Below, piece by piece: positions 1 through 15,000 of a stretch of DNA of 64,000 nt. The stretch covers positions 1,550,001-1,614,000 of the forward strand of contig NC_086098.1 in the NCBI RefSeq assembly GCF_963921235.1. Direction: 5' to 3'. A program made the position numbers and the translations under genes. The notes beneath the pieces were generated by a model. It had not been told where the DNA came from. It did no database searches and saw nothing but the letters and a program-made list of their open reading frames with translations. The DNA is from Mobula hypostoma (Eukaryota). The first letter of the stretch is position 1. Each line of letters opens with the position of its first letter.

Positions 1-3000
1 TCCCGGCATGCTATGTTAGAGTTACTGAGTTCTCGGCATGCAATGTTAGAGTTACTGAGTATCCGGCATGCCATGTTAGAGTTACTGAGTTCCCGGCATG
101 CCATGTTAGAGTTACTGAGTTCTCGACATGCCATGTTAGAGTTACTGAGTTCTCGGCATGCTATGTTAGAGTTACTGAGTTCCCGGCATGCCATGTTAGA
201 GTTACTGAGTTCCCGGCATGCCATGTTAGAGTTACTGAGTTCCCGGCATGCTATGTTAGAGTTACTGAGTTCCCGGCATGCCATGTTAGAGTTACTGAGT
301 TCCCGGCATGCCATGTTAGAGTTACTGAGTTCCCGGCATGCCATGTTAGAGTTACTGAGTTCCCGGCATGCCATGTTAGAGTTACTGAGTTCTCGGCATG
401 CCATGTTAGAGTTACTGAGTTCCCGGCATGCCATGTTAGAGTTACTGAGTTCCCGGCATGCCATGTTAGAGTTACTGAGTTCCCGGCATGCCATGTTAGA
501 GTTACTGAGTTCCCGGCATGCTATGTTAGAGTTACTGAGTTCTCGGCATGCCATGTTAGAGTTACTGAGTTCCCGGCATGCCATGTTAGAGTTACTGAGT
601 TCCCGGCATGCCACGTTAGAGTTACTGAGTTCTCGGCATGCCATGTTAGAGTTACTGAGTTCCCGGCATGCTACGTTAGAGTTACTGAGTTCTTGGCATG
701 CCATGTTAGAGTTACTGAGTTCTCGGCATGCCATGTTAGAGTTACTGAGTTCCCGGCATGCTATGTTAGAGTTACTGAGTTCCCGGCATGCCATGTTAGA
801 GTTACTGAGTTCCCGGCATGCCATGTTAGAGTTACTGAGTTCCCGGCATGCTACGTTAGAGTTACTGAGTTCCCGGCATGCCATGTTAGAGTTACTGAGT
901 TCCCGGCATGCCATGTTAGAGTTACTGAGTTCCCGGCATGCCATGTTAGAGTTACTGAGTTCCCGGCATGCCATGTTAGAGTTACTGAGTTCCCGGCATG
1001 CTACGTTAGAGTTACTGAGTTCCCGGCGTGCCATGTTAGAGTTACTGAGTTCCCGGCATGCCACGTTAGAGTTACTGAGTTCCCGGCATGCTACGTTATT
1101 GTTACTGAGTTCTCGGCATGCCATGTTAGAGTTACTGAGTTCTCGACATGCCATGTTAGAGTTACTGAGTTCTCGGCATGCTATGTTAGAGTTACTGAGT
1201 TCTCGGCATGCCATGTTAGAGTTACTGAGTTCCCGGCATGCTATGTTAGAGTTACTGAGTTCCCGGCATGCCATGTTAGAGTTACTGAGTTCCCGGCATG
1301 CCATGTTAGATTTACTGAGTTCTCAGCACGCTACGTTAGAGTTACTGAGTTCTCGGCATGCGATGTTAGAGTTACTGAGTTCCCGGCATGCGATGTTAGA
1401 GTTACTGAGTTCTCCGCATGGTACGTTAGAGTTACTGAGTTCGCGGCATGCTATGTTAGAGTTACGGAGTTCCCGGCATGCCATGTTAGAGTTACTGAGT
1501 TCCCGGCATGCCACGTTAGAGTTACTGAGTTCCCGGCATGCTACGTTAGAGTTACTGAGTTCTCGGCATGCCATGTTAGAGTTACTGAGTTCCCGGCATT
1601 ATATGTTAGAGTTACTGAGTTCCCGGCATGCTATGTTAGAGTTACTGAGTTCCCGGCATGCCATGTTAGAGTTACTGAGTTCCCGATGCATGTTAGAGTT
1701 ACCCCGGCATGCCATGTTAGATTACTGAGTTCTCAGGACGCTCTGTTAGAGTTACTGAGTTCCCGGCATGCCATGTTAGTTAGAGTTACTGAGTTCTCGG
1801 CATGCCATGTTAGAGTTACTGAGTTCCCGGCATGCCATGTTAGAGTTACTGAGTTCCCGGCATGCTACGTTAGAGTTACTGAGTTCTGTTAGAGTTACTG
1901 AGTTCCCGGCATGCCGTTAGATTACTGAGTTCGGCATGCATTACTGAGTTCCGGCCATGTTACTGTTACGAGTTCCCGGCATGCCATGTTAGATTTACTG
2001 AGTTCTCAGGATGCTCTGTTAGAGTTACTGAGTTCCCGGCATGCCATGTTAGAGTTCCTGAGTTCTCGGTATGCCATGTTAGAGTTACTGAGTTCCCGGC
2101 ATGCCATGTTAGAGTTACTGAGTTCCCGGCATGCCATGTTAGAGTTACTGAGTTCCCGGCATGCCATGTTAGAGTTACTGAGTTCTCGGCATGCTATGTT
2201 AGAGTTACTGAGTTCCCGGCATGCCATGTTAGAGTTACTGAGTTCCCGGCATGCCATGTTAGAGTTACTGAGTTCCCGGCATGCCATGTTAGAGTTACTG
2301 AGTTCCCGGCATGCTACGTTAGAGTTACTGAGTTCCCGGCATGCCATGTTAGAGTTACTGAGTTCCCGGCATGCCACGTTAGAGTTACTGAGTTCTCGGC
2401 ATGCCATGTTAGAGTTACTGAGTTCCCGGCATGCCATGTTAGAGTTACTGAGTTCTCGGCATGCCATGTTAGAGTTACTGAGTTCTCGGCATGCTATGTT
2501 AGAGTTACTGAGTTCCCGGCATGCCATGTTAGAGTTACTGAGTTCCCGGCATGCTATGTTAGAGTTACTGAGTTCCCGGCATGCCATGTTAGAGTTACTG
2601 AGTTCCCGGCATGCCATGTTAGAGTTACTGAGTTCCCGGCATGCCATGTTAGAGTTACTGAGTTCCCGGCATGCCATGTTAGAGTTACTGAGTTCTCGGC
2701 ATGCAATGTTAGAGTTACTGAGTTCCCGGCATTATATGTTAGAGTTACTGAGTTCTCGGCATGCTATGTTAGAGTTACTGAGTTCCCGGCATGCCACGTT
2801 AGAGTTACTGAGTTCCCGGCATGCCATGTTAGAGTTACTGAGTTCCCGGCATGCTACGTTAGAGTTACTGAGTTCCCGGCATGCTACGTTAGAGTTACTG
2901 AGTTCCCGGCATGCCATGTTAGAGTTACTGAGTTCCCGGCATGCCATGTTAGACTTACTGAGTTCCCGGCATGCCATGTTAGAGTTCCTGCCTTACCGGC

Positions 3001-6000
3001 ATGCTATGTTAGAGTTACTGAGTTCTCGGCATACGATGTTAGAGTTACTGAGTTCTCCGCATGGGACGTTAGAGTTACTGTGTTCTCGACATGCCATGTT
3101 AGAGTTACTGAGTTCTCGGCATGCTATGTTAGGGTTACTGAGTCCTCGGCATGCCATGTTAGAGTTACTGAGTTCCCGGCATGCTACGTTAGAGTTACTG
3201 AGTTCCCGGCATGCCATGTTAGAGTTACTGAGTTCCCGGCATGCCATGTTAGAGTTACTGAGTTCCCGGCATGCTACGTTAGAGTTACTGAGTTCTCGGC
3301 ATGCCATGTTAGAGTTACTGAGTTCCCGGCATGCCATGTTAGAGTTACTGAGTTCCCGGCATGCCCTGTTAGAGTTACTGAGTTCCCGGCATGCTACGTT
3401 AGAGTTACTGAGTTCCCGGCATGCCATGTTAGAGTTACTGAGTTCCCGGCATGCCATGTTAGAGTTACTGAGTTCCCGGCATGCTACGTTAGAGTTACTG
3501 AGTTCTCGGCATGCAATGTTAGAGTTCCTGAGTTCTCGACATGCCATGTTAGAGTTACTGAATTCTCGGCATGCTATGTTAGAGTTACTGAGTTCTCGGC
3601 ATGCCATGTTAGAGTTACTGAGTTCCCGGCATGCTATGTTAGAGTTACTGAGTTCCCGGCATGCCATGTTAGAGTTACTGAGTTCCCGAGTTCCCGCCAT
3701 GCCATGTTAGATTTACTGAGTTCTCAGCACGCTACGTTAGAGTTACTGAGTTCTCGTCATGCGATGTTAGAGTTACTGAGTTCCCGGCATGCGATGTTAG
3801 AGTTACTGAGTTCTCCGCATGGTACGTTAGAGTTACTGAGTTCGCGGCATGCTATGTTAGAGTTACTGAGTTCTCGGCATGCCATGTTAGAGTTACTGAG
3901 TTCCCGGCATGCCATGTTAGAGTTACTGAGTTCCCGGCATGCTACGTTAGAGTTACTGAGTTCTCGACATGCCATGTTAGAGTTACTGAGTTCTCGGCAT
4001 GCTATGTTAGGGTTACTGAGTCCTCGGCATGCCATGTTAGAGTTACTGAGTTCCCGGCATGCTACGTTAGAGTTACTGAGTTCCCGGCATGCTATGTTAG
4101 AGTTACTGAGTTCCCGGCATGCCATGTTAGAGTTACTGAGTTCCCGAGTTCCCGGCATGCCATGTTAGATTTACTGAGTTCTCAGGACGCTCTGTTAGAG
4201 TTACTGAGTTCCCGGCATGCCATGTTAGAGTTACTGAGTTCTCAGCATGCTATGTTAGAGTTACTGAGTTCCCGGCATGCTACGTTAGAGTTACTGAGTT
4301 CCCGGCGTGCTACGTTAGAGCTACTGAGTTCCCGGCATGCCATGTTAGAGTTCCTGCGTTACCGGCATGCTATGTTAGAGTTACTGAGTTCTCGGCATGC
4401 GATGTTAGAGTTACTGAGTTCCCGGCATGCGATGTTAGAGTTACTGAGTTCTCCGCATGGGACGTTAGAGTTACTGTGTTCTCGATATGCCATGTTAGAG
4501 TTACTGAGTTCCCGGCATGCTACGTTAGAGTTACTGAGTTCTTGGCATGCCATGTTAGGGTTACTGAGTCCTCGGCATGCCATGTTAGAGTTACTGAGTT
4601 CCCGGCATGCTACGTTAGAGTTACTGAGTTCTTGGCATGCCATGTTAGAGTTACTGAGTTCCCGGCATGCCATGTTAGAGTTACTGAGTTCCCGGCCTGC
4701 TACGTTAGAGTTACTGAGTTCTCTGCATGCTATGTTAGAGTTACTGAGTTCCCGGCATGCCATGTTAGAGTTACTGAGTTCTCGGCATGCCATGTTAGAG
4801 TTACTGAGTTCCCGGCATGCCCTGTTAGAGTTACTGAGTTCCCGGCATGCTACGTTAGAGTTACTGAGTTCCCGGCGTGCCATGTTAGAGTTACTGAGTT
4901 CCCGGCATGCCATGTTAGAGTTACTGAGTTCCCGGCATGCTATGTTAGAGTTACTGAGTTCCCGGCATGCCATGTTAGAGTTACTGAGTTCCCGTGTTCC
5001 CGCCATGCCATGTTAGATTTACTGAGTTCTCAGCACGCTACGTTAGAGTTACTGAGTTCTCGGCATGCGATGTCAGAGTTACTGAGTTCCCGGCATGCGA
5101 TGTTAGAGTTACTGAGTTCTCCGCATGGTACGTTAGAGTTACTGAGTTCGCGGCATGCTATGTTAGAGTTACGGAGTTCTTGGCATGCCATGTTAGAGTT
5201 ACTGAGTTCCCGGCATGCCGTGTTGGAGTTACTGAGATCCTGGCATGCTACGTTAGAGTTACTGTGTTCTCGACATGCCATGTTAGAGTTACTGAGTTCC
5301 CGGCATGCTACGTTAGAGTTACTGAGTTCCCGGCATGCTATGTTAGAGTTACTGAGATCCCGGCATGCTACGTTAGAGTTACTGTGTTCTCGACATGCCA
5401 TGTTAGAGTTACTGAGTTCTCGGCATGCTATGTTAGGGTTACTGAGTCCTCGGCATGCCATGTTAGAGTTACTGAGTTCCCGGCATGCTACGTTAGAGTT
5501 ACTGAGTTCCCGGCATGCTATGTTAGAGTTACTGAGTTCCCGGCATGCCATGTTAGAGTTACTGAGTTCCCGAGTTCCCGGCATGCCATGTTAGATTTAC
5601 TGAGTTCTCAGGACGCTCTGTTAGAGTTACTGAGTTCCCGGCATGCCATGTTAGATTTACTGAGTTCTCAGGACGCTCTGTTAGAGTTACTGAGTTCCCG
5701 GCATGCTACGTTAGAGTTACTGAGTTCCCGGCGTGCTACGTTAGAGTTACTGAGTTCCCGGCATGCCATGTTAGAGTTACTGAGTTACCGGCATGCTATG
5801 TTAGAGTTACTGAGTTCTCGGCATGCGATGTTAGAGTTACTGAGTTCCCGGCATGCGATGTTAGAGTTACTGAGTTCTCCGCATGGGACGTTAGAGTTAC
5901 TGTGTTCTCGATATGCCATGTTAGAGTTACTGAGTTCCCGGCATGCTACGTTAGAGTTACTGAGTTCTTGGCATGCCATGTTAGAGTTACTGAGTTCTCG

Positions 6001-9000
6001 GCATGCCATGTTAGAGTTACTGAGTTCCCGGCATGCTACGTTAGAGTTACTGAGTTCTTGGCATGCCATGTTAGAGTTACTGAGTTCCCGGCTTGCCATG
6101 GTAGAGTTACTGAGTTCCCGGCCTGCTACGTTAGAGTTACTGAGTTCTCGGCATGCCATGTTAGAGTTACTGAGTTCCCGGCATGCCATGTTAGAGTTAC
6201 TGAGTTCTCGGCATGCCATGTTAGAGTTACTGAGTTCCCGGCATGCCCTGTTAGAGTTACTGAGTTCCCGGCATGCTACGTTAGAGTTACTGAGTTCCCG
6301 GCGTGCCATGTTAGAGTTACTGAGTTCCCGGCGTGCCATGTTAGAGTTACTGAGTTCCCGGCATGCTACGTTAGAGTTACTGTGTTCCCAGCATGCCATC
6401 TTCGAGTTACTGAGTTCCCGTGTTCCCGCCATGCCATGTTAGATTTACTGAGTTCTCAGCACGCTACGTTAGAGTTACTGAGTTCTCGGCATGCGATGTC
6501 AGAGTTACTGAGTTCCCGGCATGCGATGTTAGAGTTACTGAGTTCTCCGCATGGTACGTTAGAGTTACTGAGTTCGCGGCATGCTATGTTAGAGTTACGG
6601 AGTTCTTGGCATGCCATGTTAGAGTTACTGAGTTCCCGGCATGCCATGTTGGAGTTACTGAGATCCTGGCATGCTACGTTAGAGTTACTGTGTTCTCGAC
6701 ATGCCATGTTAGAGTTACTGAGTTCCCGGCATGCTACGTTAGAGTTACTGAGTTCCCGGCATGCTATGTTAGAGTTACTGAGTTCCCGGCATGCCATGTT
6801 AGAGTTACTGAGTTCCCGAGTTCCCGGCATGCCATGTTAGATGTACTGAGTTCTCAGGACGCTCTGTTAGAGTTACTGAGTTCCCGGCATGCCATGTTAG
6901 AGTTCCTGAGTTCTCGACATGCCATGTTAGAGTTACTGAGTTCTCGGCATGCTATGTTAGAGTTACTGAGTTCCCGGCATGCTACGTTAGAGTTACTGAG
7001 TTCCCGGCATGCTATGTTATAGTTACGAGTTCCCGGCATGCCATGTTAGATTTACTGAGTTCTCAGGACGCTCTGTTAGAGTTACTGAGTTCCCGGCATG
7101 CCATGTTAGAGTTCCTGAGTTCTCGGTATGCCATGTTAGAGTTACTGAGTTCCCGGCATGCCATGTTAGAGTTACTGAGTTCTCGGCATGCTATTTTAGA
7201 GTTACTGAGTTCCCGGCATGCCACGTTAGAGTTACTGAGTTCCCGGCATGCCCTGTTAGAGTTACTGAGTTCCCGGCATGCTACGTTAGAGTTACTGAGT
7301 TCCCGGTGTGCTACGTTAGAGCTACTGAGTTCCCAGCATGCCATGTTAGCGTTAATGAGTTCCCGACATGCGATGTTAGAGTTACTGAGTTCCCGGCATG
7401 CCATGTTAGAGTTACTGAGTTCTCGGCATGCCATGTTAGAGTTACTGAGTTCTCGACATGCCATGTTAGAGTTACTGAGTTCTCGGCATGCTATGTTAGA
7501 GTTACTGAGTTCCCGGCATGCTACGTTAGAGTTACTGAGTTCCCGGCATGCTATGTTATAGTTACGAGTTCCCGGCATGCCATGTTAGATTTACTGAGTT
7601 CTCAGGACGCTCTGTTAGAGTTACTGAGTTCCCGGCATGCCATGTTAGAGTTCCTGAGTTCTCGGCATGCCATGTTAGAGTTACTGAGTTCCCGGCATGC
7701 CATGTTAGAGTTACTGAGTTCCCGGCATTATATGTTAGAGTTACTGAGTTCTCGGCATGCTATTTTAGAGTTACTGAGTTCCCGGCATGCCACGTTAGAG
7801 TTACTGAGTTCCCGGCATGCCCTGTTAGAGTTACTGAGTTCCCGGCATGCTACGTTAGAGTTACTGAGTTCCCGGCGTGCTACGTTAGAGCTACTGAGTT
7901 CCCAGCATGCCATGTTAGAGTTACTGAGTTCCCGACATGCGATGTTAGAGTTACTGAGTTCCCGGCATGCCATGTTAGAGTTCCTGCCTTACCGGCATGC
8001 TATGTTAGAGTTACTGAGTTCTCGGCATACGATGTTAGAGTTACTGAGTTCTCCGCATGGGACGTTAGAGTTACTGTGTTCTCGACATGCCATGTTAGAG
8101 TTACTGAGTTCTCGGCATGCTATGTTAGGGTTACTGAGTCCTCGGCATGCCATGTTAGAGTTACTGAGTTCCCGGCATGCTACGTTAGAGTTACTGAGTT
8201 CTTGGCATGCCATGTTAGAGTTACTGAGTTCCCGGCTTGCCATGTTCGAGTTACTGAGTTCCCGGCCTGCTACGTTAGAGTTACTGAGTTCTCAGCATGC
8301 TAAGTTAGAGTTACTGAGTTCCCGGCATGCCATGTTAGAATTACTGAGTTCCCGGCATGCTACGTTAGAGTTACTGAGTTCCCGGCGTGCTACGTTAGAG
8401 CTACTGAGTTCCCAGCATGCCATGTTAGCGTTAATGAGTTCCCGACATGCGATGTTAGACTTACTGAGTTCCCGGCATGCCATGTTAGAGTTATTGAGTT
8501 CTCGGCATGCCATGTTAGAGTTACTGAGTTCTCGACATGCCATGTTAGAGTTACTGAGTTCTCGGCATGCTATGTTAGAGTTACTGAGTTCCCGGCATGC
8601 TACGTTAGAGTTACTGAGTTCCCGGCATGCTATGTTATAGTTACGAGTTCCCGGCATGCCATGTTAGATTTACTGAGTTCTCAGGACGCTCTGTTAGAGT
8701 TACTGAGTTCCCGGCATGCCATGTTAGAGTTCCTGAGTTCTCGGTATGCCATGTTAGAGTTACTGAGTTCCCGGCATGCCATGTTAGAGTTACTGAGTTC
8801 CCGGCATTATATGTTAGAGTTACTGAGTTCTCGGCATGCTATTTTAGAGTTACTGAGTTCCCGGCATGCCACGTTAGAGTTACTGAGTTCCCGGCATGCC
8901 CTGTTAGAGTTACTGAGTTCCCGGCATGCTACGTTAGAGTTACTGAGTTCCCGGCGTGCTACGTTAGAGCTACTGAGTTCCCAGCATGCCATGTTAGCGT

Positions 9001-12000
9001 TAATGAGTCCCCGACATGCGATGTTAGACTTACTGAGTTCCCGGCTTGCCATGTTAGAGTTCCTGCCTTACCGGCATGCTATGTTAGAGTTACTGAGTTC
9101 TCGGCATACGATGTTAGAGTTACTGAGTTCTCCGCATGGGACGTTAGAGTTACTGTGTTCTCGACATGCCATGTTAGAGTTACTGAGTTCTCGGCATGCT
9201 ATGTTAGGGTTACTGAGTCCTCGGCATGCCATGTTAGAGTTACTGAGTTCCCGGCATGCTACGTTAGAGTTACTGAGTTCTTGGCATGCCATGTTAGAGT
9301 TACTGAGTTCCCGGCTTGCCATGTTCGAGTTACTGAGTTCCCGGCCTGCTACGTTAGAGTTACTGAGTTCTCAGCATGCTAAGTTAGAGTTACTGAGTTC
9401 CCGGCATGCCATGTTAGAGTTACTGAGTTCTCGGCATGCCATGTTAGAGTTACTGAGTTCCCGGCATGCCCTGTTAGAGTTACTGAGTTCCCGGCATGCT
9501 ACGTTAGAGTTACTGAGTTCCCGGCGTGCCATGTTAGAGTTACTGAGTTCCCGGCGTGCCATGTTAGAGTTACTGAGTTCCCGGCATGCTACGTTAGAGT
9601 TACTGAGTTCTCGGCATGCAATGTTAGAGTTCCTGAGTTCTCGACATGCCATGTTAGAGTTACTGAATTCTCGGCATGCTATGTTAGAGTTACTGAGTTC
9701 TCGGCATGCCATGTCAGAGTTACTGAGTTCCCGGCATGCTATGTTCGAGTTACTGTGTTCCCGGCATGCCATCTTCGAGTTACTGAGTTCCCGAGTTCCC
9801 GCCATGCCATGTTAGATTTACTGAGTTCTCAGCACGCTACGTTAGAGTTACTGAGTTCTCGTCATGCGATGTTAGAGTTACTGAGTTCCCGGCATGCGAT
9901 GTTAGAGTTACTGAGTTCTCCGCATGGTACGTTAGAGTTACTGAGTTCGCGGCATGCTATGTTAGAGTTACTGAGTTCCCGGCATGCCATGTTGGAGTTA
10001 CTGAGATCCCGGCATGCTACGTTAGAGTTACTGTGTTCTCGACATGCCATGTTAGAGTTACTGAGTTCTCGGCATGCTACGTTAGAGTTACTGAGTTCCC
10101 GGCATGCTATGTTCGAGTTACTGTGTTCCCGGCATGCCATCTTCGAGTTACTGAGTTCCCGAGTTCCCGCCATGCCATGTTAGATTTACTGAGTTCTCAG
10201 CACGCTACGTTAGAGTTACTGAGTTCTCGTCATGCGATGTTAGAGTTACTGAGTTCCCGGCATGCGATGTTAGAGTTACTGAGTTCTCCGCATGGTACGT
10301 TAGAGTTACTGAGTTCGCGGCATGTTATGTTAGAGTTACTGAGTTCCCGGCATGCCATGTTGGAGTTACTGAGATCCCGGCATGCTACGTTAGAGTTACT
10401 GTGTTCTCGACATGCCATGTTAGAGTTACTGAGTTCTCGGCATGCTATGTTAGGGTTACTGAGTCCTCGGCATGCCATGTTAGAGTTACTGAGTTCCCGG
10501 CATGCTACGTTAGAGTTACTGAGTTCCCGGCATGCTATGTTAGAGTTACTGAGTTCCCGGCATGCCATGTTAGAGTTACTGAGTTCCCGAGTTCCCGGCA
10601 TGCCATGTTAGATTTACTGAGTTCTCAGGACGCTCTGTTAGAGTTACTGAGTTCCCGGCATGCCATGTTAGATTTACTGAGTTCTCAGGACGCTCTGTTA
10701 GAGTTACTGAGTTCCCGGCATGCTACGTTAGAGTTACTGAGTTCCCGGCGTGCTACGTTAGAGCTACTGAGTTCCCGGCATGCCATGTTAGAGTTCCTGC
10801 GTTACCGGCATGCTATGTTAGAGTTACTGAGTTCTCGAGCATGCGATGTTAGAGTTACTGAGTTCTCCGCATGGGACGTTAGATTTACTGTGTTCTCGAC
10901 ATGCCATGTTAGAGTTACTGAGTTCCCGGCATGCTACGTTAGAGTTACTGAGTTCTTGGCATGCCATGTTAGGGTTACTGAGTCCTCGGCATGCCATGTT
11001 AGAGTTACTGAGTTCCCGGCATGCTACGTTAGAGTTACTGAGTTCTTGGCATGCCATGTTAGAGTTACTGAGTTCCCGGCTTGCCATGGTCGAGTTACTG
11101 AGTTCCCGGCCTGCTACGTTAGAGTTACTGAGTTCTCAGCATGCTAAGTTAGAGTTACTGAGTTCCCGGCATGCCATGTTAGAGTTACTGAGTTCTCGGC
11201 ATGCCATGTTAGAGTTACTGAGTTCCCGGCATGCCCTGTTAGAGTTACTGAGTTCCCGGCATGCTACGTTAGAGTTACTGAGTTCCCGGCGTGCCATGTT
11301 AGAGTTACTGAGTTCCCGGCGTGCCATGTTAGAGTTACTGAGTTCCCGGCATGCTACGTTAGAGTTGCTGAGTTCTCGGCATGCAATGTTAGAGTTCCTG
11401 AGTTCTCGACATGCCATGTTAGAGTTACTGAGTTCTCGGCATGCTATGTTAGAGTTACTGAGTTCTCGGCATGCCATGTTAGAGTTACTGAGTTCCCGGC
11501 ATGCTATGTTCGAGTTACTGTGTTCCCGGCATGCCATCTTCGAGTTACTGAGTTCCCGTGTTCCCGCCATGCCATGTTAGATTTACTGAGTTCTCAGCAC
11601 GCTACGTTAGAGTTACTGAGTTCTCGGCATGCGATGTTAGAGTTACTGAGTTCCCGGCATGCGATGTTAGAGTTACTGAGTTCTCCGCATGGTACGTTAG
11701 AGTTACTGAGTTCGCGGCATGCTATGTTAGAGTTACGGAGTTCTTGGCATGCCATGTTAGAGTTACTGAGTTCCCGGCATGCCATGTTGGAGTTACTGAG
11801 ATCCTGGCATGCTACGTTAGAGTTACTGTGTTCTTGACATGCCATGTTAGAGTTACTGAGTTCCCGGCATGCTACGTTAGAGTTACTGAGTTCCCGGCAT
11901 GCTATGTTAGAGTTACTGAGTTCCCGGCATGCCATGTTAGAGTTACTGAGTTCCCGAGTTCCCGGCATGCCATGTTAGATGTACTGAGTTCTCAGGACGC

Positions 12001-15000
12001 TCTGTTAGAGTTACTGAGTTCCCGGCATGCCATGTTAGAGTTACTGAGTTCTCGGCATGCCATGTTAGAGTTACTGAGTTCCCGGCATGCCATGTTAGAG
12101 TTACTGAGTTCTCGACATGCCATGTTAGAGTTACTGAGTTCCCGGCATTATATGTTAGAGTTACTGAGTTCCCGGCATGCCCTGTTAGAGTTACTGAGTT
12201 CCCGGCATGCTACGTTAGAGTTACTGAGTTCCCGACATGCGATGTTAGACTTACTGAGTTCCCGGCATGCCATGTTAGAGTTCCTGCGTTACCGGCATGC
12301 TATGTTAGAGTTACTGAGTTCTCGGCATGCGATGTTAGAGTTACTGAGTTCCCGGCATGCGATGTTAGAGTTACTGAGTTCTCCGCATGGTACGTTAGAG
12401 TTACTGTGTTCTCGACATGCCATGTTAGAGTTACTGAGTCCTCGGCATGCCATGTTGGAGTTACTGAGTTCCCGGCATGCTACGTTAGAGTTACTGAGTT
12501 CTCGGCATGCCATGTTAGAGTTACTGAGTTCCCGGCGTGCCATGTTCGAGTTACTGAGTTCCCGGCCTGCTACGTTAGAGTTACTGAGTTCTCAGCATGC
12601 TAAGTTAGAGTTACTGAGTTCTCGGCATGCAATGTTAGAGTTACTGAGTTCCCGGCATGCCATGTTAGAGTTACTGAGTTCCCGACATGCCATGTTAGAG
12701 TTACTGAGTTTATGGCATGGCATGTTAGAGTTACTGATTTCTCACCATGCCACGTTAGAGTTACTGAGTTCCCGGCATTATATGTTAGAGTTACTGAGTT
12801 CCCGGCATGCTATGTTAGAGTTACTGAGTTCCCGGCATGCCACGTTAGAGTTACTGAGTTCCCGGCATGCCATGTTAGAGTTCCTGCGTTACCGGCATGC
12901 TATGTTAGAGTTACCGAGTTCTCAGGACGCTACGTGAGTTACTGAGTTCCTGGCATGCTACGTTAGAGTTACTGAGTTCCCGGCATACCATGTTAGAGTT
13001 ACTGAGTTCTCAACATGCGATGTTAGAGTTACTGAGTTTATGGCATGCCATGTTAGAGTTACTGAGTTCTCGGCATGCCATGTTAGAGTTACTGCGTTCT
13101 CGGCATGCTATGTTAGAGTTACTGAGTTCTCGGCATGCTATGTTAGAGTTACTGAGTTCCCGGCATGCTACGTTAGAGTTACTGAGTTCCCGGCATGCTA
13201 TGTTCGAGTTACTGAGTTCCCGGCATGCCATGTTAGAGTTACTGAGTTCCCGAGTTCCCGGCATGCCGTGTTAGGTTTACTGAGTTCTCAGGACGCTACG
13301 TTATAGTTACTGAGTTCCTGGCATGCTACGTTAGAGTTACTGAGTTCCCGGCATACCATGTTAGAGTTACTGAGTTCTCAACATGCGATGTTAGAGTTAC
13401 TGAGTTCCCGGCATGCCATGTTAGAGTTACTGAGTTCCCGGCATGCTATGTTAGAGTAACTGAGTTCCCGGCATGCCATGTTAGAGTTACTGAGTTCTCG
13501 GCATGCCATGTTAGAGTAACTGAGTTCCCGGCATGCAATCTTAGAATTACTGAGTTCCCGGCGTGCCTTGTTAGAGGTACTGAGTTCCCGGCGTGCCATG
13601 TTAGAGTTACTGAGTTCCCCGCGTGCCATGTTAGAGTTACTGTGTTCTCGACATGCCATGTTAGAGTTACTGAGTTTTCGGCGTGTAATGTTAGAGTTAC
13701 TGAGTTCCCGGCATGCCATGTTAGAGTTACTGAGTTCCCGGCATGCCCTGTTAGAGTTACTGAGTTCCCGGCATGCTACGTTAGAGTTACTGAGTTCCCG
13801 GCGTGCCATGTTAGAGTTACTGAGTTCCCGGCATGCCACGTTAGAGTTACTGAGTTCTCGGCATGCCATGTTAGAGTTACTGAGTTTATGGCATGCCATG
13901 TTAGAGTTACTGTGTTCTCGACATGCCATGTTAGAGTTACTGAGTTCACGGCATGCTACGTTAGAGTTACTGAGTTCCCGGCATGCTATGTTCGAGATAC
14001 TGAGTTCCCGGCATGCCATGTTAGAGTTACTGAGTTCCCGAGTTCCCGGCATGCCATGTTAGATTTACTGACTTCTCAGGACGCTACGTTAGAGTTACTG
14101 AGTTCCTGGCATGCTACGTTAGAGTTACTGAGTTCCCGGCATACCATATTAGAGTTACTGAGTTCTCAACATGCGATGTTGGAGTTACTGAGTTTATGGC
14201 ATGACATGTTAGAGTTACTGAGTTCTCGGCATGCCCTGTTAGAGTTACTGAGTTCCCGGCATGCTACGTTAGAGTTACTGAGTTCCCGGCATGCCATGTT
14301 AGAGTTACTGAGTTCTCGGCATGCCATGTTAGAGTTACTGAGTTCCCGACATGCCATGTTAGAGTTACTGATTTTATGGCATGCCATGTTAGAGTTACTG
14401 AGTTCTCGGCATGCCATGTTAGAGTTACTGAGTTCTCGACATGCCATGTTAGAGTTACTGAGTTCTCGGCATGCTATGTTAGAGTTACTGAGTTCCCGGC
14501 ATGCTACGTTAGAGTTACTGAGTTCCCGGCATGCTATGTTATAGTTACGAGTTCCCGGCATGCCATGTTAGATTTACTGAGTTCTCAGGACGCTCTGTTA
14601 GAGTTACTGAGTTCCCGGCATGCCATGTTAGAGTTCCTGAGTTCTCGGTATGCCATGTTAGAGTTACTGAGTTCCCGGCATGCCATGTTAGAGTTACTGA
14701 GTTCCCGGCATGCCATGTTGGAGTTACTGAGTTCCCGGCATGCTACGTTAGAGTTACTGAGTTCCCGGCATGCCACGTTAGAGTTACTGAGTTCTCGGCA
14801 TGCCATGTTAGAGTTACTGAGTTCCCGACATGCCATGTTAGAGTTACTGATTTTATGGCATGCCATGTTAGAGTTACTGAGTTCTCGGCATGCCATGTTA
14901 GAGTTACTGAGTTCTCGACATGCCATGTTAGAGTTACTGAGTTCTCGGCATGCTATGTTAGAGTTACTGAGTTCCCGGCATGCTACGTTAGAGTTACTGA

